Shown here piece after piece: positions 27,201 to 35,562 of a DNA stretch of 63,275 nucleotides. Source of the stretch: a virus; the IMG/VR virus record IMGVR_UViG_3300045988_139407. One strand, written 5' to 3'. Each line of letters starts with the position of its first letter. Position 1 is the first letter of the stretch. A model generated the notes under the pieces. The model searched no databases. It saw only the letters and a list, made by a program, of their open reading frames with translations, and had not been told where the DNA came from. A program made the position numbers and the translations under genes.

Positions 27201-27453
27201 CCTTGCTGAGAGATACAAGCGTGAGAATGGTGATTATGCAACACTTGAAACTCCAGTAGTCTATAATGGAACTACCTATAAGAAGGATAATCCTGCATAC
27301 AGACGTGCAAAGTTTACAATGGAGACAAGTACATACCTGAGACTTGATAGTGCGATATTCTATTTCAACTTCTGTCAGTGGATTATCGGTATGGATTCCA
27401 TGGACAAAAACATGAGTTTAGCATTTGATTCAATAACTTGGAATGAAGAATAA
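24226..27453 (+). CDS. Large tail/host-interaction protein, 1,075 aa
   Basis: Size, beta-rich N/T/S/G composition, and position upstream of the fibre gene. Confidence 0.5.
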   Translation: MATEKIDKEIPDINTDWGGYLGKWVQKLIKDNLISLKDGKFGYIDQEVVPEGNNSHIYWRFFSDENSYREWYNDKDKYADNVKQSYDFVTAKAELQYILRTSMVKRPNDVIVKGTECVATINYNSYYGEPSEKDETSGTLVVSVNGVDIPELKQTLEASGTATGNNYNVDLTNYLVSETNTVKITVANTHGQSRTFSFSIRTVSINLSFDASYVETAVRDGKWSLRVNCQGANATVYCKVSNGNGSETMTKTINNSSGEFVIDSKGTYLAGKHEIEVWAVNSEYGITTDKIRTSYIKKGNTPAIAIGKDAPVSATQYSTIQVPYYFYLPDNEIGSQVAIEIKVLYNNNTEELVLTDQLCTVDDNHTSGETPLKATVPLDLNDYAPKISVVISVGEVTATHDVTIKGAGVTLQPVSECKVYYSMKGKTNSDKGIENLESYYEGVRTSYLERSANFKLNAYNGFLDGKGMTIGAGKHVTLKDWQPFAENFGVSGNRKGRAIEIEFETGICSDENAVIVDCMDETTGFRIYANRIEVKCSTDSVMTYYPETKRMKFSLSIDGTTTHTVNNLGGGDATEKDVNLAYLCLNGVCVRMFDYSNANWKQGTPKDIVIGSDMAQVILYSIRGYEKSINPYQALDNFAYDTPDVNDVYDSNGIFDHYGKINLAKRNDILNSSGNIHNPDEIISYEKVKKALPQSPIIVWNIDNLPYNKNNDDVPINGTTFENPLWNKATDGWAQAPFTVGAHMFNADGTSSNGYPLPYKNFAEIFETGNGDSVNIVVGLVGETENHTLYSITIGVETGEKEMVHKVNFASSEGIFNIHAMNMYQQILLACAKGNESLYTAYQKEQADLGKAVTYRKSLSGFPEIGFRRTSTSGTAAPTFLSIYNFINNKYSASFLGFPAKDYMKAQIWEIDENVNMFNQEAGDYSVDGDSLQSSVLTGIPLYYARVPKKSPVNKSNKLGVAKKTTDNIDAANQELAVIKRFHNWVVSTNVLLAERYKRENGDYATLETPVVYNGTTYKKDNPAYRRAKFTMETSTYLRLDSAIFYFNFCQWIIGMDSMDKNMSLAFDSITWNEE

Positions 27454-27455
27454 TT

Positions 27456-30116
27456 ATGGCAAAGACGGTAAAAGAAGCTAAGGCTGATATATTTCTGAGG
27501 GACACGGACAGCCAGTCCCTTTTCAATAACTCTGGTGTGTTATCGTTCAAATACTACCATGAGTGGAATGACTGTTACAATCAGGTAACAGGTGAGACTG
27601 CACAGATTGCTGGCGAGGTCTATGATGAAACAACGAACTCATACAAGCCTAATTGTCCGGAAGGTTTCTCTCCTGTATTTAATGGTAGACTGTCTGCCTT
27701 GTGGGATAATATTGTAAATTGTTTCCCTAACGAGGTGGAAGCGATGTATGCCAAGATGAGAGGAAATGGTCTTACTTATCAAGACATGCTCACAAAGTAT
27801 AAGGATTTTTGGAAGTATTGGTGTGAGAATCTGTATAACGCAGATGCCTTCGGTTATGCTAACACCAACAACTTTACAAAGGCTTATGGCGATAAGGTGC
27901 AAGTGATGGACTACTTCTACGGCAAGCGTCAGAGATACCTTGACAGTAAGTATCATTGTGGCTCGTCTGTTGGCAATAACCTACGCTTGCGTTTATATGA
28001 AGTTGGTAGGGGCTTTGCCATCAAGCACTACCAAGCCATATATTGTACCCTACAGTGGGGTGTAGGCAACTTTGATGATCATCGTAATATCAAACCAGGC
28101 TCTTATTCTTATATGCCATTCAAGTTCTCTAACCCACAGGATGCAACCTTCGATATTGATGATGCAGACCTTATCACAGAGTTATCAACCTATGCCAAGG
28201 GGAGCAATGGAAATTACACCATCTATGGCTTAGAAGGTCTTGGTGACTTTAAGTTCGACCTCAATATGGGCTTATTAAAAAGGCTCACAAAGTTTGTCAT
28301 GAACTATACCGCATCCAAGCCAAACACAAGGGAGACAGGAACGAGTTTTGACCTCAGTAACATGGGTATGCTGAGACAGGTGATTGTCAGGAACGTGAAG
28401 AACCTGAAAAAGAGTATCGTCTTATCCTCTGACCTCTTGGAGGAGATTGACTTTACCAATACTCCTATTACAGGTGTAACGACACCTCCTACCGATATGC
28501 TTACAAAGTTAGTTCTTCCTGATACTATCAAGGAACTCAACCTTGTTGGATATACAAACCTGCAAGTCAGTGGGCTTCAAGTGGCGGGTTATTCAAACAT
28601 TGAGACTTTGCACATTGAGGATTGTCCAAACTTGGATAGTTATGAGATTGCCAAGGCTTGCTATGAGGCTGGTGCAAAACTTAGCAATACAACATTTAAA
28701 GGAATAAATTGGGAAAATGCTAACGTTGACCTTTTGTTAGTATTAGCAAAAAATGACGCTATCATTCGCGGAAAAATAACACTTGATGCAGTTTCCGCAA
28801 AATCTGTATTAGCTTTGAAAGATGCTTTTGGTGACATAGATTCTGAAAATAACTCCTTGTATATATCCTATACTAAGTTTCCTATCCAAAAAGTTACAAT
28901 TTTAGGAGAAACTGACTATATCACAGAAATAGGCAAATATGTATATGATTTTAATGTCATTCCTATTACAGGAAACAATATTAGTAGTATTTCATGGTCT
29001 ATAAATGAGAATGAGTTTGCTACCATAGGAGAGAAATCTGGTATCTTGTCAGTCAAGAAACTTGGTACAGAGGACAACAATGATAAGGTTACAATAACTA
29101 TATCTGTAAGTTTGATAGATGGAAAAGTATTGACGGCAAGTAAAGAAATACCTCTTTACGAACCAGCAGCCCAACTTGGTGATATTGTTTTTTCAGATGG
29201 TACTTATAGAACAAAACTAAAAGACAATGTAACCCCTATAGGAGTATGTATTTATATAGACCCAACCAATAAAAAACGTCGCTTAATGATGGCACTTAAT
29301 AATATTGGTCAGAACTGTTGGGGACTATATCAACCAGACTTTACAGGATTAAGTTTGAAAGATTCCACTATCCCTATATTTAATATAAAAGATATAATCG
29401 AGGTGGGCATTTTAAAAAATGCAACTTTCAGTGATATGTATGATGATACCACAGGTACATTTTATACATATAATAGTAATTTTAATTTAGGAAACCTTGG
29501 TTTCAGACTTATTTCTGCAACTGCCTATAATTCTCTGAAAGATTATCTGGAAGATATTGGCATCAAGAGTAATTCGTATATTGACATAGGACAACAGGAG
29601 ACCTTGTATATTATACAACACCGAGATACAATACTTAGTGACAGTAATATTGCTAAGGAGATACCAACCAAGAGTAGCACATGGTCAGAAAAAGAGAGGT
29701 TGGAATATCTGATAAATAACATTATCTTAACTGAAGGTGATGCTAAATATGCACAATATTATTATCCTATTGCCTCGTATGCCTATGCTTATGAACCAAA
29801 TGTGCAAAATTTAAATGACAAATTCAAGGCACATCATTGGTTCTTGCCTTCATCAGGTTTACTTGCTCGTATTAGCTACTATCATCAAAGAGGCTATGAA
29901 AATGGTTTTGATGCCATATTTTCAAATGCCGTAAGATTAGGAGTATTGAAAAATACAAATCTCAATTTCTTCTATGCGTCTTCATCAGAACGTATCGATG
30001 ATAAATATTACTGTGGCTATAATTTGTCTTCTGGATATTCTGGTATTGGTTATGAACAAAGATACGTCAGAAAGGATTTTAGTAACGTATATATATTACC
30101 AGTTTGTGCATTCTAA
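27456..30116 (+). CDS. Tail fibre / receptor-binding protein, 886 aa
   Basis: LRR-like stretch (LEEIDFTNTPITGV...LNLVGYTNLQVSGLQVAGYSNIETLHIEDCPNL). Big_2-like Ig segment (ISSISWSINENEFATIGEKSGILSVKKLG). The C-terminal domain has HHWFLPSSGLLARI and ends in YILPVCAF, reminiscent of DUF1566-type lectin-like domains. Confidence 0.55.
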   Translation: MAKTVKEAKADIFLRDTDSQSLFNNSGVLSFKYYHEWNDCYNQVTGETAQIAGEVYDETTNSYKPNCPEGFSPVFNGRLSALWDNIVNCFPNEVEAMYAKMRGNGLTYQDMLTKYKDFWKYWCENLYNADAFGYANTNNFTKAYGDKVQVMDYFYGKRQRYLDSKYHCGSSVGNNLRLRLYEVGRGFAIKHYQAIYCTLQWGVGNFDDHRNIKPGSYSYMPFKFSNPQDATFDIDDADLITELSTYAKGSNGNYTIYGLEGLGDFKFDLNMGLLKRLTKFVMNYTASKPNTRETGTSFDLSNMGMLRQVIVRNVKNLKKSIVLSSDLLEEIDFTNTPITGVTTPPTDMLTKLVLPDTIKELNLVGYTNLQVSGLQVAGYSNIETLHIEDCPNLDSYEIAKACYEAGAKLSNTTFKGINWENANVDLLLVLAKNDAIIRGKITLDAVSAKSVLALKDAFGDIDSENNSLYISYTKFPIQKVTILGETDYITEIGKYVYDFNVIPITGNNISSISWSINENEFATIGEKSGILSVKKLGTEDNNDKVTITISVSLIDGKVLTASKEIPLYEPAAQLGDIVFSDGTYRTKLKDNVTPIGVCIYIDPTNKKRRLMMALNNIGQNCWGLYQPDFTGLSLKDSTIPIFNIKDIIEVGILKNATFSDMYDDTTGTFYTYNSNFNLGNLGFRLISATAYNSLKDYLEDIGIKSNSYIDIGQQETLYIIQHRDTILSDSNIAKEIPTKSSTWSEKERLEYLINNIILTEGDAKYAQYYYPIASYAYAYEPNVQNLNDKFKAHHWFLPSSGLLARISYYHQRGYENGFDAIFSNAVRLGVLKNTNLNFFYASSSERIDDKYYCGYNLSSGYSGIGYEQRYVRKDFSNVYILPVCAF

Positions 30117-30128
30117 AATTTATGAAAT

Positions 30129-30479
30129 ATGAAAAATGAAACTGATATAATTGTAAAGAATCATCTTGGGAGACCAGAGATGACAATCAAGGTAGGTATG
30201 GGTAGTGAGGACTTCATTGCCCTTCCTACCGCAGTGTGGAACTATGGTGCAATAGTCTCAGCCCTCATCAGATATAAGTACTCAGAAAGTGAGGTAGAGG
30301 CAATAGTCAGCAACTCTCTTATGCTTATGCTTATGCAGAATCCTTCAAGCGTAAGTGAGGAGGAATCCAATGAGAAGATGAATGAGTTCAATGAATTTCA
30401 AGAGTACAGAGAGAAGTGCAAGGCAAGAGCCAAAGAACTTCTCGCCATTGGAGAAGAGATGGGGATAAAGGAAATATAG
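30129..30479 (+). CDS. Hypothetical protein, 116 aa
   Basis: ATG at 30129; acidic C-terminus. Confidence 0.55.
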   Translation: MKNETDIIVKNHLGRPEMTIKVGMGSEDFIALPTAVWNYGAIVSALIRYKYSESEVEAIVSNSLMLMLMQNPSSVSEEESNEKMNEFNEFQEYREKCKARAKELLAIGEEMGIKEI

Positions 30480-30492
30480 TTCTGTGTATTGT

Positions 30493-30657
30493 ATGATGAG
30501 AAATATATTAAAAGTAAACAAGCGAGACTGGATAGGTCTTGCTTGTTGGCTGCTTATCAGCATATTGATAGGTCTGCTTGCTTTGCCAGTAATGGTAGGT
30601 AGAGAGATCAGTACAAGCACTATCACTTGGCAAAGTTTGAGTGGGAAGATATTGTGA
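30493..30657 (+). CDS. Small single-TM protein, 54 aa (below the track cutoff), holin/antiholin candidate
   Basis: Hand translation gives MMRNILKVNKRDWIGLACWLLISILIGLLALPVMVGREISTSTITWQSLSGKIL. It lies directly upstream of the amidase. Confidence 0.35.
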   Translation: MMRNILKVNKRDWIGLACWLLISILIGLLALPVMVGREISTSTITWQSLSGKIL

Positions 30658-30718
30658 GGTATTCCGTAGTGATTGTACTCGGTAGTATTATTAATTACTT
30701 AATTTTAGATTCATTATT

Positions 30719-31144
30719 ATGAGACAGATAAAAAGAATTTTCGTTCATTGTACCGCTTCTTCTCAGAAGTGGGGAGTTAAGGAACTTCTTGCTGAATTTA
30801 AGGCAAAGGGTTGGAGAAATCCAGGCTATCACAAGGTGGTAACGGAAGATGGTGTTATACATCAGTTGTTAGACATCAGCAAGGTCAGTAACGGCGTGCA
30901 GGGCTACAACTCTACTGCTATCAATATTGCATACGTAGGTGGCATTGATAGCAAAGGTAAGCATATCGACAACAGAACTGAGGCTCAGAAGGTAGCCCTG
31001 AGAAACCTCTTGAAAGAGTTGCGCACGCAATTCCCGCAGGCGATAATAATGGGACATCGTGATATTTGGGGGAGTGATACAAGAAAATGGAAGAAATGGT
31101 GTCCTTGTTTCGATGCAAAATCGGAATATAAGGATATAGAATAA
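30719..31144 (+). CDS. N-acetylmuramoyl-L-alanine amidase (Amidase_2/PGRP, T7-lysozyme-like) endolysin, 141 aa
   Basis: IFVHCTAS..., NPGYHKVV, GVQGYNSTAINIAYVGG, IIMGHRD and WCPCFD match the zinc-amidase signature order. Confidence 0.85.
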   Translation: MRQIKRIFVHCTASSQKWGVKELLAEFKAKGWRNPGYHKVVTEDGVIHQLLDISKVSNGVQGYNSTAINIAYVGGIDSKGKHIDNRTEAQKVALRNLLKELRTQFPQAIIMGHRDIWGSDTRKWKKWCPCFDAKSEYKDIE

Positions 31145-31237
31145 TGATATACGAATAATTTGCTTACAGATTGTTACTTTTAGCAATGTTTAACTTTGAA
31201 ATTTTACTCAAAATGAATTGATTTGAGCAAAAAATTG

Positions 31238-31245
31238 TAATTTTG
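31238..31245 (+). promoter_or_regulatory. -7 box TAATTTTG upstream of 31287
   Basis: Perfect TAnnTTTG match 41 nt before the ATG. Confidence 0.4.
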
Positions 31246-31286
31246 TCAAGAACGTCAATTAACTATAGACAAAAGGAGGTATTTCA

Positions 31287-31838
31287 ATGACAGAAGAACA
31301 AAAAGACGAAGTCCATCGGTTAGTTCAATCAGTCGGTGTTGTACAGTTGTCAAGAGTAATGTTTAAGGACATGGACGTTAGCGAAATTATAAACGTCATT
31401 ATCCTTGCAGGTAGAGGCTACAGCATAAAGCTACTCACTTGGTTTAAGTATTATTGTGAAGTGATGCCTCTGTTTATCATGCTTTTTCATATTGCATGCA
31501 TGGTAACATTTGCGTCTCATGAAAAAGAAATGTGCGTATGGTTTAAGGAGAATTGGGTATCGGCAGCATTTATCTATTTTTCCGTTTACATCCATCCGCT
31601 TGTACTTATAATTGCGAGCAGATTCTTTTGGCTCTGCTACAGATGGCGTATTCCGATGATAATCTACCTATTTGGGATAAATGCTATTCATATCGTATAC
31701 TGGAATGTTTTTACCACCAACGAAATGGTGGAAGCTAATGTTGTAATACTTGTAATGACCATTATATTTTATGTATATGGTTTTGCCGATAAGTATTTCT
31801 CAGGCAAGGGCTGTCAAAGTTTAATCTCTAGATTATAA
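31287..31838 (+). CDS. Multi-pass membrane protein, 183 aa
   Basis: About 5 hydrophobic helices (e.g. VMPLFIMLFHIACMVTF, AAFIYFSVYIHPLVLIIASRFFWL). Confidence 0.6.
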   Translation: MTEEQKDEVHRLVQSVGVVQLSRVMFKDMDVSEIINVIILAGRGYSIKLLTWFKYYCEVMPLFIMLFHIACMVTFASHEKEMCVWFKENWVSAAFIYFSVYIHPLVLIIASRFFWLCYRWRIPMIIYLFGINAIHIVYWNVFTTNEMVEANVVILVMTIIFYVYGFADKYFSGKGCQSLISRL

Positions 31839-31842
31839 TGAT

Positions 31843-32190
31843 ATGGGAAAGTTATTTGGTTATCACACCTTGGGAGTGTTATTAAAATCGTTATCGGATT
31901 CTTGTTTTCGAGCAGACGAGCAAGAGAAGAGAGGGGAGAAGGTAACTGCTTGCGGAATGAGTAGCGATGAGATAGATGACCTTTGTGAGAACTATCTGCC
32001 GTATGCTCTCAACCCAATGATGACTGCTGGGCAGGTAAAGAAGGAGGCTCATATCAGCGAATCTACTCTAAGAAGGGCCATTGCAGATGGGGAGCTGGAG
32101 AGTGTAGGGAACGCTGGGGACCATTCTCATTTCTTTAAGAAATGGGATGTTAGGGAGTTTATCAAGAAAAGACTGAAACGAAACAAGTAG
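31843..32190 (+). CDS. HTH DNA-binding protein (excisionase/MerR-like HTH), 115 aa
   Basis: MTAGQVKKEAHISESTLRRAIADGELESVG resembles the HTH_17/Xis-type motif. Confidence 0.45.
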   Translation: MGKLFGYHTLGVLLKSLSDSCFRADEQEKRGEKVTACGMSSDEIDDLCENYLPYALNPMMTAGQVKKEAHISESTLRRAIADGELESVGNAGDHSHFFKKWDVREFIKKRLKRNK

Positions 32191-32194
32191 AAAA

Positions 32195-32227
32195 GGAGAG
32201 AGGCGAGAGATTGCTTCTCTCTTTTTT
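32195..32227 (+). terminator. Rho-independent terminator candidate
   Basis: GAGAGA/TCTCTC stem followed by TTTTTT, just after the stop at 32190. Confidence 0.5.
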
Positions 32228-32258
32228 ATGCTCTAAAACATACAATTTTTTCCTTAAA

Positions 32259-32286
32259 TTATATACAATTATATACAATATTTTTG
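32259..32286 (+). promoter_or_regulatory. Tandem TTATATACAA x2 abutting the -7 box TATTTTTG
   Basis: Repeats at 32259-32268 and 32269-32278; box at 32279-32286. A second box, TATCTTTG, lies at 32399-32406. Confidence 0.4.
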
Positions 32287-32468
32287 CGAAAATATATATA
32301 CGATGGTTTTGATATGGGTCTATGTCATGTTAAAGCGTTGATAATCAGTTGATAAAAGAAAGTGTGATAGAGTTATTAAAGAATTTGCCAGTTCCTCGTA
32401 TCTTTGCACACGTAATCGGTTACATGTGTGAATAAACAAAATGTACAACTTTTATTTCTTTAGGAATT

Positions 32469-33332
32469 ATGGCAGAAGAAGTAATTAAGACTACCTCTTG
32501 TTGCAACGATGCAATGATGGGCGGTCTGCTTGGAGCGATGGCAAATCGTGACAGCAATCCTTTGGCAATGGCGGCTATGATGCGAGACCGTGACGATGCC
32601 GACATGTGGAACAATCCATTTGCCTACATGATGATGATGGGCGTGATGAAGTGGATGTATGGCGACAACTGGAACAACCGTGACAATGGCGCAGATGTGC
32701 AGCGTGCGGAGATTCAGAGTCAAATCGAGAGCTTGCGCAACCAGATGGCAGACAACCAGAATAGTAACTTGCTGATGGGTGCCATTCAGGGTAACGGCAA
32801 CGACCTTAAGATGTTGGCAAGCAATCTGAACTGTGACTTCAACGCCTTGCAGAACTCTATCTGTGGCATCCAGGCTGGCATCCAGCAGCTTGGCGGTCAG
32901 GTAGGATTCTCGGCAGAGCGAGTAATCAATGCGATTTCACAAGGTGACTTGCAGATGACAATAGCGTTGAAGGATTGCTGCTGCCAGACGCAGCAGAACA
33001 TTATCCGTATGGGTTATGAGAACCAGATGGGCCAGAAGGACATCATTAACCAGATGCAGCAGGGCTTTAGCTATACCAACACTGGTATAGAAAGAACTGC
33101 TTCGAACCTTGGTTTCCAGATGCAGCAAGACAAGTGTGACATCATCCGTGCAGGTGAGAACAACACTCAGCGTATCATTGATACGTTGAATGGCCATTGG
33201 AGCCAGGAGCAAGCTAACGAGATTCAGGACTTGAAGTTTAAGAACTCTCAGTTGCAGCAGAACATCTACTTAGCCAATCTGATGAATGGCGGTTGCGGAT
33301 GTGGCGCAGGTGTAGCAGGTGGCTATCAGTAA
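32469..33332 (+). CDS. Met/Asn/Gln-rich protein with Cys clusters, 287 aa, unknown function
   Basis: The N-terminus is Met-rich (AMMGGLLGAMA...AYMMMMGVMKWMYGDNWNN), the core is Q/N-rich and helical, and Cys clusters occur at SCCN, DCCCQ and the C-terminal GGCGCGAG. Confidence 0.6.
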   Translation: MAEEVIKTTSCCNDAMMGGLLGAMANRDSNPLAMAAMMRDRDDADMWNNPFAYMMMMGVMKWMYGDNWNNRDNGADVQRAEIQSQIESLRNQMADNQNSNLLMGAIQGNGNDLKMLASNLNCDFNALQNSICGIQAGIQQLGGQVGFSAERVINAISQGDLQMTIALKDCCCQTQQNIIRMGYENQMGQKDIINQMQQGFSYTNTGIERTASNLGFQMQQDKCDIIRAGENNTQRIIDTLNGHWSQEQANEIQDLKFKNSQLQQNIYLANLMNGGCGCGAGVAGGYQ

Positions 33333-33343
33333 AAAAGTAAAGA

Positions 33344-33787
33344 ATGAAACAGAAGCGTAGTGGTATGAACAAGATTTCTCCAGTGGGTTTGGCTACTACA
33401 GCATTGGTAGCCAACCAAGTTTCAGTCTTAGCTACTTACAATGAGAAGCTTTGCAGACCTTATTGCGTGAATGGCAGCGTGCAGCCACAGACAAGCATAA
33501 CCTACAGTTATGAGCAGCCTATCCTGAATGGCACAACTGTGTTTGTACCTATCGTGGCGACCATCTCCATCATTTCGCCTGTAATAGGCAACAGAAACGT
33601 GATGAGAGCGCAGCCTTTGATTTACACGGAAAGATGGGTAGCATCATTCCAAGGGCAGACAGCATTGCCAACGGCTGTAACTATCGCCAGTGTTGGCAGA
33701 ACGCAAAAGGCTAACGATGTGGTATGCGGAAAGGCTAGAGGCCTGAGCATATTTGACAGTCTAACCGTAGCATTGACTACTGCTTAG
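33344..33787 (+). CDS. Hypothetical beta-rich protein, 147 aa
   Basis: ATG at 33344; V/T/S/A-rich. Confidence 0.55.
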   Translation: MKQKRSGMNKISPVGLATTALVANQVSVLATYNEKLCRPYCVNGSVQPQTSITYSYEQPILNGTTVFVPIVATISIISPVIGNRNVMRAQPLIYTERWVASFQGQTALPTAVTIASVGRTQKANDVVCGKARGLSIFDSLTVALTTA

Positions 33788-33864
33788 TATCATTATAGGG
33801 GGAAATGGTGGATGGTGTGTAAGCCATCGTTTCCCTCGCATTATCCATTTAAAAAGATACGATT

Positions 33865-34356
33865 ATGATATTTAAAGATTTAAAGGCAGGTTTCCCAGTC
33901 TTTTTGTTTGACCGGGCGACTAGAAAATTCAAGCAGGGTAAAGTGATGAATGCTCCAAGCCCTGATATTAGTGGCAGCAAACCCAATATGATGCCACAGA
34001 TGCCTGGCATGCCAAACTTTGGCACCATGAACGTGAAGGTGAATGTTCAGACGGAAGACGGAAAGCAGTCAACCTATTCGGTAGTTGATACTGAGCAAAC
34101 AGCATACAGCGACACCCTTGTAATCTCTTGTAGTAAGGAGAGTATCATCAATGAGGTAAACGCATTGAAGAACCAAGCCAATGACATCATCAATAAGATG
34201 CCGGACTTCGAGCAGACCGTAAAGGACTGTGATCAACTTCTCTCAGAGTTGGACACAACGTTTCGTGACCAGCAGAAAACCAATGAAAGACTCGACCAGA
34301 TGGAAAACAAGCTGGACGAGATTTTCAAATTTGTCAAATCACAAAAACAAGAATGA
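33865..34356 (+). CDS. Hypothetical protein with a C-terminal coiled coil, 163 aa
   Basis: ATG at 33865; PQMPGMP motif followed by a helical tail. Confidence 0.55.
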   Translation: MIFKDLKAGFPVFLFDRATRKFKQGKVMNAPSPDISGSKPNMMPQMPGMPNFGTMNVKVNVQTEDGKQSTYSVVDTEQTAYSDTLVISCSKESIINEVNALKNQANDIINKMPDFEQTVKDCDQLLSELDTTFRDQQKTNERLDQMENKLDEIFKFVKSQKQE

Positions 34357-34357
34357 T

Positions 34358-34849
34358 ATGAACTTAGTAGAACTTATCACAAAATATCAGGCAGATGCCA
34401 CACCGGAACAGATGGTGCAGGTAACCAAGATCATCGGCAAGTTTGTGGCGATGCATGCCGAGGAAGATGATCTCCTGAAACTGTATAAGGAGATTTATGG
34501 GGTTGTGGGTAACGGCCACTTCAACGACTTCTTTGCTGAGGCTCAGATCAAGAAGATGGTATTTGAGGATAACAAGGAGGTAGAGCATCGTGCTCCTTAC
34601 TATACTATGGCCAAGACGCAGGAAATCTATGAGACGGTGAAGGATGAGATCAGACCTTACAACCAATGGGATTTTGCCGTGGTTCTGAACATGATCTACT
34701 CTGACAACTATAATCTGATGAAGAAATGGTTCCCGGAGGACAGCGAAGAGCAGTTGATGGATAAAATGGTGGATCTTGCCGTAAATTGGCTGAGGGATGA
34801 TGATAACCCTTATGGCCATTGTAAGGCATGGGGGTACTTCAATTACTAA
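34358..34849 (+). CDS. Hypothetical protein, 163 aa
   Basis: The track ORF 34229.. overlaps the previous gene. The ATG at 34358 (MNLVELITKYQ...) follows its stop by 1 nt. Confidence 0.55.
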   Translation: MNLVELITKYQADATPEQMVQVTKIIGKFVAMHAEEDDLLKLYKEIYGVVGNGHFNDFFAEAQIKKMVFEDNKEVEHRAPYYTMAKTQEIYETVKDEIRPYNQWDFAVVLNMIYSDNYNLMKKWFPEDSEEQLMDKMVDLAVNWLRDDDNPYGHCKAWGYFNY

Positions 34850-34936
34850 ATAAGAGTGAAGAATCCAATTGCTTTTCAGACGAGTGTTTAATTTCCATAA
34901 TGACCTAAGATATATAAAAGAAAACTATCAGAAGAA

Positions 34937-34975
34937 GAGAATGCAGGCGGAAAATGGGCTTGTGTTCTCTTTTTT
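34937..34975 (+). terminator. Strand-specific rho-independent terminator
   Basis: GAGAATGCAGGC-(9 nt)-GCTTGTGTTCTC forms a 12-bp stem that needs three G-U pairs, so it folds only in the + transcript. It is followed by TTTTTT. Confidence 0.65.
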
Positions 34976-34981
34976 CGTATG

Positions 34982-35029
34982 AAGTTGCGCAACTTATCAC
35001 AGAAAACTGGGAATGATGGCTTATATTTG
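34982..35029 (+). promoter_or_regulatory. Late-type promoter: AAGTTGCGCAACTTATCAC + 21 nt + TATATTTG
   Basis: 19-mer at 34982-35000 and -7 box at 35022-35029, 32 nt before the ATG at 35062. Confidence 0.65.
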
Positions 35030-35061
35030 CATCGTTTCCATAACGGAGTGGGGACAGATAA

Positions 35062-35559
35062 ATGAAAAAGAAAATGAATGATATTCGAGGTTACTTAATT
35101 GGGACGATATGGACTTTTCTGAGTCTGATGGTTCCCATCAGGGATTTTATGATTGCTATGATGGTATTATTTGGGCTGAACCTGGTGTTTGGCATCGTTG
35201 CTGCAGTTTTTAATGGCGAAGAATGGAACTGGAAGAAATTCGGTATGTTCTTTGTCTGTTGTGCAGTGTTCTTCGTGACGGTGGCTGCATTGTTTATTAT
35301 CGGTCATTTCTTGCATTCTGATACAGAGGCTCTGTTTTGCGTGAAGTGGGTGTGTATAGCTGCAACCTATCTGTTCACGACCAACATATTGAAGAACCTG
35401 AGACGGATGTTAGTGTCAGATACGCCCTTTTATAAACTTGTGGACTATGCTTATTATGCGCTGACACTTGGATTCGTAGAGAAATTCCCGATGTTTAAGA
35501 GATACCAAGAACATAAAAACAATAAAGAAAAAGGAAATGAAGGAAATAATATCTCATAG
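35062..35559 (+). CDS. Multi-TM membrane protein, holin candidate, 165 aa
   Basis: About 4 TM helices and a charged C-terminal tail. First gene behind a late promoter and directly upstream of the spanin-like gene. Confidence 0.4.
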   Translation: MKKKMNDIRGYLIGTIWTFLSLMVPIRDFMIAMMVLFGLNLVFGIVAAVFNGEEWNWKKFGMFFVCCAVFFVTVAALFIIGHFLHSDTEALFCVKWVCIAATYLFTTNILKNLRRMLVSDTPFYKLVDYAYYALTLGFVEKFPMFKRYQEHKNNKEKGNEGNNIS

Positions 35560-35562
35560 CTT

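Noticed and set aside
34366-34380. Partial match to the late-promoter motif (GTAGAACTTATCAC) inside the coding sequence of 34358..34849
   Set aside because: Only the 3' half of the motif is present, no TAnnTTTG box follows at 21 nt, and the match lies 8 nt into a gene. It is probably a chance match.
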